Shown here: one piece after another, positions 25,778 through 40,361 of the stretch
Position numbering within the stretch: position 1 is the first letter of the stretch
Layout of the letters: every line of letters starts with the position of its first letter
Source: Eledone cirrhosa
Taxonomy: Eukaryota
Length of the DNA: 64,000 nt
Assembly: GCA_964016885.1 (NCBI GenBank)
Contig: OZ024743.1
Coordinates: 317,192,001-317,256,000 of the forward strand
Reading direction: 5' to 3'
Notes under the pieces: generated by a model
What the model was told of the DNA's origin: nothing
Seen by the model: only the letters and a program-made list of their open reading frames with translations
Database searches by the model: none
Translations under genes and position numbers: made by a program

Positions 25778-28700
25778 ATGCATCATCATCATCATCATCA
25801 TCATCAACGTTTAACGTCCGTGTTCCACGCTTGCATGGGTTTGGACGGGGGTAGTCCCACTTGAGGCAAGAGTGATTGTCTTGCTCGCATAGGACTGTCT
25901 GGCAGGTTTTCTACAGTTGGATGCCCTTCCTAACACCAACCACATTTACAGTGTGGGGCTGGGAGGTTTTTACCGTGTTGCCTACACGGCCACATTACAG
26001 CGTGGACTGTGTGTTTTTTTGTCGTGACACCTACACGATCTCATTTGTTTCGGCCTGGATGGCGCGGCACCAACATAACTTTACATAGAACGGGGTGGTG
26101 TGGATGGGGTGGGGGTGGTGGGACGGGGTGTATTTTGTTAGAGATGCCTACTGGCTGGAGTAGGTTTTACTATATATTTAGGTAAGGCGGGTCTTCTCTG
26201 TTACTGAGTACCGCCAAAGGTCTCGGTCCAGTGACATTGTCTTGGAGAGGTGTAAGTGTGTGATGTCGGAGTTTATCAGCTCGTCCCAGGTTTTTCTAGG
26301 TCTGCCTATTCCGTGACTACCGTCTATCTTTATTGCCCTGCACTTTGTTATACAGCTATCGACTTTCATGCGCATCACGTGTCCATACCAACGTAGCCTT
26401 CTCTCGAGTAAACAACATCTGATCCCTCTTATCTCTAATTTTTTCCTTAGTTCGTTTATGCTTTGCCGTTCACGTTTATTACTGTTACACATCCAGCGGA
26501 GCATGCAAGCTTCGTTCCTCTCTAGTCTGCATATATCCTCTGCACACAATGCCCAGGTCTCACTGCCATGCAGCATTGCTGTTCGTATGCAGGCATCGTA
26601 CAACCTGCCTTTCATTTTTAGGGAGAACCCTTTAGCAGCTAATAGTGGTATAAGCTCTCTGAACTTTTTCCAACCAGTTCTGACTCTAGCTACAGTACTT
26701 TCAGAGCACCCTCCCCCACTGCTGATTTTATCGCCCAGGTAACGGAAGCTGTCCACTATTTCTATAGAACCCTCTGCGCAATTGAAAGAGCTAGTATTTT
26801 GTGGGCACTTGCTGCTACTTATTGCACCAGAACACCGGCCACATGTAAAATCTATGTTCTTAGTTAGCTTACCTGTGATCCCACTACATCTTTTATGCAC
26901 CCATACTTTGCATTTAGGACATAAAATGGAGTTTCTACCTACGCCTTTCCTACACACCGAGCACGACCATTTCCCAGAAGGGACCGCCGCCTTGTTTTCT
27001 TTCCTACAAACTAGAACTTTAGTCTTAGCCAGGTTAATTTTAAGTCCTTTTGACTCTAGGCCGTGCTTCCATGTTTGGAATTTCTTCTCTAGCTCGGCCA
27101 TTGATTCCGCTATGAGTGTCAGGTCGTCTGCGTATAGGAGTTCCCATGGGCAGCCTGTCTTGAACTCCTCTGTTATAGCCTGAAGGGCAATAATAAATAG
27201 TAGGGGGCTGAGAACAGAGCCCTGATGGACGCCAACTTTTACGCTAAACTCTTCACTATATTCGTTGTTAATTCTAACCTTGCTGACTGTTTCTTTATAC
27301 ATGGCTTGTATAGCCCTCACAAGCCATTCGTCAACGCCTAGTTTTCTAAGAGCCCACCAGATAATGGAGCGGGGGACTCTGTCGAAGGCTTTCTCCAAGT
27401 CGACAAAAGCTAAGTAGAGGGGTTTACCTTTAGCTAGGTACTTCTCCTGTAGTTGTCGTACTATGAAAAGAGCGTCTGTGGTACTTTTGCCTGACACAAA
27501 CCCGAACTGCATTTCATCTAGGTCAATTCTCTCTCTGATTAGTTGCGCTATTACTTTTTCCGTGACCTTCATGACCTGGTCGATTAATTTAATGCCTCTA
27601 TAGTTACTCATATCTAGGGCGTCTCCTTTACCCTTATAACAGTTAACGATGATGCTGCTATGCCAGTCCTTCGGAACAACCCCATTCTGTACGACTTGGT
27701 TAACTATGCGGGTGACCATGGTGTGTCCCACCGTGCCAGATGCCTTCAGCATCTCAGCAACTATTTCCGAAGGCCCAGCCGCCTTACCCGTCTTCATATC
27801 CTTGATTGCCTTACTTATTATACTCCCCTCGACTAACACTGCTGGTCCCTCTATTGGGTCAATATGGGGGAGACTGTCTTTCTCCCATTTATTCTCCTCA
27901 TTTAGTAGCCTTTCATAGTGACACTTCCAAGCTACCTTCTTATCAGCGTCGGTGATGGCAAGTGTGCCATCGTCGTTTAGTACACACTTCTCCCCGACAA
28001 TATCACGGTTTTCCTTGACGCATTGCCTAGCAATCCTGAACACCTCACTTTTTTGGTCATCGCGTTGTAGAACATGCTTGAACTTTCTTTCCTCAGCTTC
28101 CCTTCTTGCTAAGTACACTTGTCTCCTAGCTTCCCTCCTGGCCACTTGATAGTCTTCTCTACTTCCCCCATCCCGCCATACTTTCCAAGCCTGCTTTTTG
28201 CCCTTATTGACCCCTCCACCTTACTGTTCCACCACCATGTTACTCTCCTCCTGCCTACAGGCCTGCTCCAGCCACAGACTTCGTCTGTCGCCAACAGCAG
28301 GTTTGCTTTCAGAAATTCCCACTCTCCCTCTATATTGTCCGACTCTAAATGTTCTTCCTTACTGTCGAAAGCATCAAGTAGTATGCTTTTAAATTTATTT
28401 CTGGCTGTGGGGTCCTTTAGCTTCCATATTTTTCTCCTGAGGATAGTCCTCTTCTGCTGTCGAGTACGTCTCGTCCTGACTATGAGGTCGCTAATTATCA
28501 GTCTATGTTGGGAGGTGCATTCTTCATGGGGGAGGGATTTAGTGTTTACAACAGACACTCTGTCACGTCTTCTGGTAAGGATATAATCTACCTGGCTTGT
28601 GTGTTCCCCGGATCTATAGGTGATCAGGTGATTGTCACGTTTTTTGAAGTTAGTGTTACAGATAGTTAGGTTATTTGCATCACAGAATTTCAGGATTCTG

Positions 28701-29210
28701 GAGCCTTCCTCATTTCTAGTACCAAACCCATAGCCTCCATGGATTTCGTCGTAGCCGTCACAATGTTGTCCAACGTGACCATTTAGGTCGCCTGCAATAA
28801 TTATATAGTCACTGTCGGATATTTGGGAGGTAGTTAGCATCAGTGTCTCATAGAATCTGTCTTTTATAGTGCCGGGCAGTCCGGATTGGGGTGCGTACGC
28901 AGATATTACTGTCACTGTAGTTCTATTGAGGACAAGTCGTATTTTAATTATTCTGTCGTTCACTCTATTTACGTCTATTATCTTATCTGCCCACTTTTCT
29001 GCTACCATGATTCCTACTCCACCCAGCCCATCGTCGTTTCCCCCCCAGAAAAGCTTATAACATCGTTTTTTACCCTCAATGAACCTAGCAGACCCACCCC
29101 TCCACCTGGTCTCTTGAACACAACAAACATCGACCTCCTTACGTTCAAGCATTTCTACAACCTCGTTAGCGCGACCCTTTAGGGTGCCTACATTTATGGT
29201 ACCAACTCTG
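25778..29210 (-). mobile_element. RTE-clade LINE, near-intact ORF (one frameshift), 5'-truncated at the start of the APE domain
   Basis: 376-aa APE ORF plus 655-aa RT ORF (FVDLEKAFD, GVHQGSVLSP, YADD); (GAT)n tail; same family as 8214-11760. Confidence 0.97.
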
Positions 29211-29352
29211 ATGCATGCATGTATCTTTGTGTATATCATGACTCATTCACTGTTCACTTTCATGATATTTGTACATTATTCTATGTACTATACATGCACC
29301 TGTGAGGAGTTGTAGTGTATGTGAGCACTGTACACAATAATTTTCATTATTA

Positions 29353-29570
29353 TGTTAAACTAGAATCAATATATGAAATATATGAAATTTTATAACAATA
29401 ACCAGACCTAACCAAGACCTCGTTATAATACCAGGTACTGGTATTAAAGATGTCCTTATTGGCAGAAAGCCTCAAAATTTTGTGGGACGCTCCCTTAACA
29501 GTGGAACTAATAATTGAATTAGGGTGGTTAGACAATTTATTTACATAGCATAGATCTATTATCCCTGCTA
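29353..29570 (-). mobile_element. Penelope-like fragment (RT thumb region)
   Basis: LCYVNKLSNHPNSII..ILRLSANKDIFN..YYNEVLVRSGY. Confidence 0.7.
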
Positions 29571-29589
29571 ACAACAAAATGCTTTTCTC

Positions 29590-30440
29590 TCAGAGAGAAG
29601 AGTAGACTGATGCCTGTGTGTGAACTGCAATGCTACATGGCAGTGAAACATGGGTCTTAACTGCAGAAGACCTGTGGAGGCTAGAAATAAATTAGTCAAG
29701 TATACTTCAATGGATGTGTAATGTTAGTGTGCATGAGTGACATAACATAAGCAAACTGAGGGAAAAACTTGGCATAAGACGAACTGAATCGTATAGACAT
29801 GGGATGCACATGGAAGATAGCAGCTTCATAAAGAAATGCAGAGAAACACCAGTGGCTGGGACCTGTGGAAGAGGCAGACCCAGGAAGACATAGGATGGGG
29901 TTGTGAAGACTGACCTTAAGAAACTAAGCCTCACAACAGAAATGACTAAAGATTGTGAGGGCTGACGCTATGTGTTGCTGAAGAGGACCCAACCTGCAAC
30001 ATACAATGTGGCCTGGCCAACTCTCCTGTGTACCCCACCCTTACTTTAACTAGCACTCACTAACAACTATTCTCAACATCACTACACCACCCTCACCACA
30101 CCCTTGTCCCTTGCACACATCCCTAGCTGCTGCTTCCTTGTGAATTGGTTGGTGATGGGAAACAGATCCAGCCATGGACATGACAGCCTTCCTAGTATTT
30201 GGTGATCTACACAATGAACAAACCGAGTAAACACTATAAAGATAAATGGTTGGTGAAAGGAAATGTATCCAGCCATAGAAAGCTTGCCAAACAAGTGTAA
30301 AGTGGTAGTGCTGGTTACACAATAAAATGCACCTAGTCCACACTGTAAAGTGGTAGTGCTGGTGTCACAATAAAATGTACCTAGCCCACACTGTAAAGTG
30401 GTAGTACTGGTTCCACAATAAAATGTACCTAGCCCACTCA
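29590..30440 (+). mobile_element. Diverged RTE 3' fragment
   Basis: DACV.TAMLHGSETW..GRPRKT motifs followed by the RTE-type 3' UTR. Confidence 0.7.
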
Positions 30441-31425
30441 TGTATTATAGTACAAGTGATTGAGTATTCCACAAATACATGAAGCCTATATGTAATCCCC
30501 AAATTAAATCAGCACAACACTATATGTAACAAGTCTGGCCCTTTGAATTATAAGTACACTCAATCTGATGAGCTTCCACACAGTTTCTGTCTAACCAATT
30601 TCACTCATAAAGCTTGGGTTAACCCAAGACAATAGTAAAGATACTTGGCCAAGGTGTCACACACTGGGATTATGCTGAGACCTTATGATTGTGAAGAGAA
30701 TTTCTTAACCACTCAACCATGTACATATCCCTTAAAATGATGCAAACTTGAATAAAAGTCCCAGTTAAAAGAACTAAAACTCTGTAATATATATTTACCA
30801 ATCTAATTAAATCAATGTTGTTAAGGTGCAACAAGTAATTACGGAGCCATGAGTGTTTAGAAATGCCTCAAAAAAATATTTAGAGGGAAACACCAACATT
30901 CCCTGTTATAGTGTGTAATTCCTGTGTCTTAGACTCACTATCACTCGTGCTAGTGATGTGAGCGTCTTGGATTGTCTCCTAAATATTTAGACGAAAACAC
31001 CAACATTCCTTGTTATAGTGTGTAACTGAGTAGAAGTGCTTGGCTATTCCAGCATCTTAGCCTGACTATCACTTGTGTCAGGGATGTGAGGTCTTGGAGG
31101 TAAACACCAACATTCGCTACTGTAGTGTGTAGTTGATTGTGCAAGTCATCTGTTTTGTATTTATTTTTATTGATCTGATTCTTTTGTTATATAATTGTGT
31201 TTATATATAGAAAATATTTTTATGCAATATTCACTAGAAGATATGTGGTTATAACTGAAGTATCAGGTGATGCTCTTAGTGAGGGTGCTTAGCTATTCCT
31301 ACGCATTAGACTTGCTATCATCCATCGCAATGCCGAGTCTTGGCTTTAGAGGGAAACAACAATCGTTCATTTCTTTTCTCTTCTTTGTCTCTTTTTGTAT
31401 ATCATTATATAATATAATTGTTAAT

Positions 31426-31615
31426 GGCGGTGGATTGGCAGTATCGGTAGAGTGTCGGACGCCATGCTTTGATGCATAGAGTTACGCCCCTTGCCATTCT
31501 GAGTTCAAATCTCGCCGAGGTTAACTTTGCCTTTCATCCTTACGGGGTTGATAAAATAAAGTACCAGTAATGCACTGTGATAATTGCTGGCTTTGTGCCA
31601 AAAGTAGAAACAATT
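31426..31615 (+). mobile_element. tRNA-derived SINE, reference copy of the most abundant family
   Basis: GGCGGTGGATTGGCAGTATCGGTAGAG (A box)...GAGTTCAAATC (B box)...AAAAGTAGAAACAATTAT. Copies at ~7430-7620, 7622-7810, 7830-7945, 18788-18880, 32413-32550, 34118-34290, 50347-50480 and 60765-60910. Confidence 0.85.
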
Positions 31616-31674
31616 ATATAATTTAATTGTTATAGTTTATTTACTTTGCAAATTATATTCTTAATAAAATCCTG

Positions 31675-31721
<47 letters not shown>

Positions 31722-32274
31722 GTCTAATAGTAGCTAAATTACTGCTGACAAACAGCAGTAATTTTGCTGACGGGGCAGTGGGTGAGTGACAGCTCATGCC
31801 CTGACGGTCAGCAGGCTGATACAAGTGGTCAGAAATATATATATATCAATCTAAACTATAATAAAGTAAGAAGCGCGGGACTGTGTACGGTTTATAATTC
31901 TTTATCCCATTAGTAAAATAAGTTGGATTACTTTGAATAAATAATGAATGAATATTACATAATTTATCTACTAAATTTCGTGGCTGTTCATTAAATATAT
32001 TTTATTATTTATTTAAAGATTTACTTCTTTAAAATTTTCAAATGTCAACACCCAAGGATGCGCAAAGTGGATGAAGGTGGACGATATAGGCTTGTAGGGC
32101 CAGAAAACCCCAGACAGAGGATATGATCCGAAATCAATAAACGTGTCCGAGGAACCTGCGAGACTGGAGTGAGGTAGATCCACACATGGATCACACCTCG
32201 AGCTGTTCGCCAGGGAAACAATTGTAACACACAATAAATTGAGTTCCAATGCATCACTGATTTTTCGCTTTCCA

Positions 32275-32316
<42 letters not shown>

Positions 32317-32319
32317 CAA

Positions 32320-32931
32320 TCTAAACTATAATAAAGTAAGAAGCGCGGGACTGTGTACGGTTTATAATTTTTTATCCCATTAGTAAAATAAGTTGGATTA
32401 CTTTGAATAAATAATTGTTTCTACTTTTGGCACAAGGCCAGCAATCACCCAGTACATTACTGGTACTTTATTTTATCGACCCCGTAAGGATGAAAGGCAA
32501 AGTTAACCTTGGCGGGATTTGAACTCAGAATGGCAAGGGTCGTAACTCTGAATAAATAATGAATGAATATTACAAAATTTATCTACTAAATTTCGTAGCT
32601 GTTCATTAAATATATTTTATTATTTATTTAAAGATTCACTTCTTTAAAATTTTCAAATATCAACACTTCCGGTGGCGATCGCTTAAATAAACATATTAAT
32701 TTTCTCCTAATGCAGTTTATATATAATATCGTCTTTTTTTAATGTATCATGGATTACGTTACTGATTACATAAGACAGTGTAACATAGTCTTCCTTCAAT
32801 TTCTGTGTATATTGTCAATTACGATTTTATTTGATGTATCATATCTACATGTATATATATTTGCGTATAATATCAATATACACACTACACATGCTAGCAG
32901 AAAACCACCCGAAGTGTGGTTTTTCTGCTAG
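32320..32931 (+). mobile_element. Non-autonomous Helitron
   Basis: A|TCTAAACTATAATAAAG 5' end; 3' hairpin CTAGCAGAAAACCAC..GTGGTTTTTCTGCTAG|T; no TSD. Removing it restores ATATCAATGATATTAATAAATG, matching the opposite inverted arm. Confidence 0.75.
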
Positions 32932-32971
32932 TGATATTAATAAATGAAAACTATATTTATAAAACCATATT

Positions 32972-33032
32972 TATTCTATTATATATATTTCAAGAGTACC
33001 AAAACTTTGGTACGCTCTCATCAGATAAAATA
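32972..33032 (-). ncRNA. Type I hammerhead ribozyme (family A, left arm)
   Basis: Minus strand TATTTTAT-CTGATGA-GAGCGTACCAAAGTTTTGGTACTCTT-GAAA-TATATA-TA-ATAGAATA: 8-bp stem I, long stem II, palindromic minimal stem III. Confidence 0.8.
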
Positions 33033-34754
33033 CAAAGCTTGTTTTATAAATATTGACATATCCAGGAATGAGACCTTAACGGTTCAAGTTTTACCTGGAT
33101 AGTAAAAGGAAAAAGGGGAAGAGAGGAAAAAACAAATATTTCAAATTATTTAGATGAATATGCAAATAAGGTTGAGGCCTAGGGCTGAAAAAAAACGTTA
33201 TTTTTAGACGCTAGATAGATTTAAATAATCATTAGGATATATATATGTATGTATAGGAAGAAGAAAGAGAAAGAAAGAGAAAGAAAGAGAAAGAAAGAGA
33301 AAGAAAGAGAAAGAAAGAAAGAAAAGCTTGTATTTATATTACTCTACCGTACGTGAATTTAAAAAGATTGAAACGTTAAGAATTAACAGTTTGTTGGAGT
33401 GGGGGAATATGATTCCAGAATTTAAAAAATGGAAAAAATGAAACGAAATTTCATTTCTCACTCTTAGTACAGCTGTTACTTAAATATAAGTATGTATACG
33501 TACATACATATATGTATACAGACGTACAGTAGTATGTATATATATATACATACATGCACACATATACATATGTACGTATGGATTCACCGAACATTTATTA
33601 TAATGCTCAGTGTGTTTGTAAACAAACATCCCGAATTAAGCCGTACAGTGTCTAGCAACCACCGTTGCTCATTTGTTCAACACTGACAAAGGAACGCTGT
33701 ACTAGTTTCAAGCTTATTAGCTATCGCCAGCAACGTATACCTTCCTGCCAGATGATTGAACGTCTGAAAGTATATACTTATATTAACGGCTGAGCATACT
33801 TAATTTTTAAAAATATTTAGCTAAATTATGAGTTATAATATTATATATATAATCAATTAGATTATATGAAGAATTATGGTTGTAAGTACATTTTATCTTA
33901 TTATATTGCAAAGGTTGTAAGTATATAAATATCTATATAGATTTATAAGTGTATAAATATAAATATTATTGGTGATTATATAGATATAAAACACACGTAT
34001 TAATTTGTTTACATTTCTAATATGAGTTACGAAAAGACGTAGTTCAAATTATAAGAGAAGAACAATTTGTAGATTCACATATTTTCATCCAGCATTGAAA
34101 ATATTTATAGAACATTTGGTAGAGGGTCGGACGCCATGCTTTGACGCATAGAGTTACGGCCCTTGCCATTCTGAGTTCAAATCCCGCCGAGGTTAACTTT
34201 GCCTTTCATCCTTACGGGGTCGATAAAATAAAGTACTAGTAATACACTGGGATAATTGTTGGCCTTGTGCCAAAAGTAGAAACAATTATTAATTTAGCGA
34301 AATTACATAATTTATCATACAAGTTATTATGTCTATGTTTGCTCAATTGTAAAGGAAAAGATAACTCCAATATTATTTGTTAAACTATTAAAATTAGATT
34401 TGATGAATAACTTTCTTAGAAAATGCGATACTCCAACAAACTGTTAATTCTTAACGTTTCAATCTTTTTAAAATCACGTACAGTATAGTAATATAAATAC
34501 AAGCTTTTCTTTCTTTCTCTTTCTTCTTCCTATACATACATATATGTATCCTAATAATTATTTAAATCTACCTAGCGTCTAAAAATAACGTTTTTTTTTC
34601 GGCCCTACGCCTCAACCTCATTTGCATATTCATCTAAATAATTTGAAATATTTGTTTTTTCTTTTCTTTCCCTTTTTCCTTTTACTATCCAGGTAAAACT
34701 TGAACCGTTAAGGTCTCATTCCTGGATATGTCAATATTTATAAAACAGGCTTTG

Positions 34755-34815
34755 TATTTTATCTGATGAGGGCGTACCAAAGTTTTCGTACCCTTGAAAT
34801 ATATATAATAGAATA
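34755..34815 (+). ncRNA. Type I hammerhead ribozyme (family A, right arm)
   Basis: TATTTTAT-CTGATGA-GGGCGTACCAAAGTTTTCGTACCCTT-GAAA-TATATA-TA-ATAGAATA. Confidence 0.75.
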
Positions 34816-34972
34816 AATATGGTTTTATAAATATAGTTTCCATTTATTAATATCATTGATATTACACTCCAGAAAGCCTGTCGAGTGCTTCGAATCAGTT
34901 ATAAATATATATATTTGTTGAATTACCAACGAATTAAATATCACTTTGCTTATATATATATATATATATATA

Positions 34973-38535
<3,563 letters not shown>

Positions 38536-38537
38536 TA

Positions 38538-38664
<127 letters not shown>

Positions 38665-38754
38665 ATAATAATAAATTTGAAGACTAAAATCCAAAGAGCG
38701 CTCGATAAGGATAAATATATATCAAATATATAAGAACCGTAGAGCAAATATTTA

Positions 38755-38840
<86 letters not shown>

Positions 38841-39282
38841 ACCACATAAGAAAAATTCCACTAAAGTATACCGAAGTTGTTTCCCCTTAAATTTTTTTCT
38901 CGGTGATCGAGTTATAAATGTATATAGGAACAATTTTTATACTTAATAAATTGGCAGGATCATTAGAGCGTCGGACAAAATACCTTGTTATTTAGTTAAT
39001 TGTCCTTTATTTTCTGAGAACAAATCATGTGTAGGTCTCTCTCGTGTATGTGTATATATATAGAGTGTATGTGATCCAGGTTTATACACAGTAAAAACAT
39101 AAATACATGAAAACAAAACTTCATCGTTTTTCTTATTTTATATATATATATATATATATATAGTAGAATAATCGAGAATCGGAATATCAGCCCACGAAAT
39201 CACGATAAACAATATCCGACATGTGTGGCAGAGGGCTAAATAATTTGGATAAATCAGAGCTATAACTATCGTTAAAATACCA

Positions 39283-39330
<48 letters not shown>

Positions 39331-39371
39331 GAAAATAAAACAAAGAAGCCTTCAATACATCAAAAGTCTTT

Positions 39372-39416
39372 ATTAGCCAACAATGTTTCGTCCTATTAAG
39401 GACTCATCAGGGCAAT
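39372..39416 (-). ncRNA. Minimal type I hammerhead ribozyme (family B, left arm)
   Basis: Reverse complement of the 39882-39926 motif. Confidence 0.72.
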
Positions 39417-39881
39417 TAAAACTTCAAGAAGCACTATCGGCCAATACGTACTATTTTGTATTTTTATTTTTATTCCTATTATGCTTATTTATATTTAAAC
39501 TCTTAATAAGGTTTAATTTGTGCTGTTAATGATGGAAATGTGTATTTATGTATATGTGCGTACGTGTGTGTATATATATACATATGTATATTGTGCCTTT
39601 TAATTTTAATTTTAATTTTAATATTGTTACAAGTATATTATATTATATTATATTGTATTACATATAGTACTATAATTCCCGCTCTATATAACCACCTTTG
39701 TTTAGCTCTAGTTTTTTTTTGTTTTGGACTATATTTGTAATATGGTTCAAAATGTTATCCACCTCCTTAGTGATTTTTATTGTATATTTACCCATAATCT
39801 TCCAATACTTTAGTGTATGTACACTCCATATTCTTCGGAATTTTCGGCTTGTATTGGCCGATAGTGATTCTTGAAGTTTTA

Positions 39882-39926
39882 ATTGCCCTGATGAGTCCTT
39901 AATAGGACGAAACATTGTTGGCTAAT
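39882..39926 (+). ncRNA. Minimal type I hammerhead ribozyme (family B, right arm)
   Basis: ATTGCC-CTGATGA-GTCCT TAAT AGGAC-GAAA-CATTG-TT-GGCTAAT: canonical core, perfect 5-bp stem II, stem I with a 1-nt bulge, weak stem III. Confidence 0.72.
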
Positions 39927-40069
39927 AAATACTTTTGATGTATTGAAGGCTTCTTTGTTTTATTTTCATAATTCTTCGGCTCTGTTTAATTACATTGAGC
40001 TATACCTTTTACTGTCATTTCTATAATACTAAGAGGGTGTTTAAATCCAACACGCTCCAGTATTTTAAT

Positions 40070-40173
<104 letters not shown>

Positions 40174-40361
40174 GGTTTGTGTTTATATCCGGTTACTGAA
40201 CAGTTCGACAAAAAGAAATCGATAATATAAGTACTGGTGTTGATATGATCGCCTGAAGGCGGTGTCCCAGTAAGGCCGCAGTCTATATGTTCAAGACCAA
40301 ATTGGTGGTGACACAATACTTAAAAGACCACAAATTAATATTTTGCTATCATAAATGATAT

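Larger units (their letters stand above)
32932..34860. mobile_element. ORF-less Penelope-like element with ~430-460 bp inverted arms (32932-33390 / 34430-34855), each with a hammerhead
   Basis: Arms are clear reverse complements; flanked by (TA)n; SINE inserted at ~34118-34290. Confidence 0.65.

Noticed and set aside
20405-29182. Plus-strand ORFs antisense to the CR1 and RTE elements
   Set aside because: Shadow ORFs of the minus-strand coding frames.
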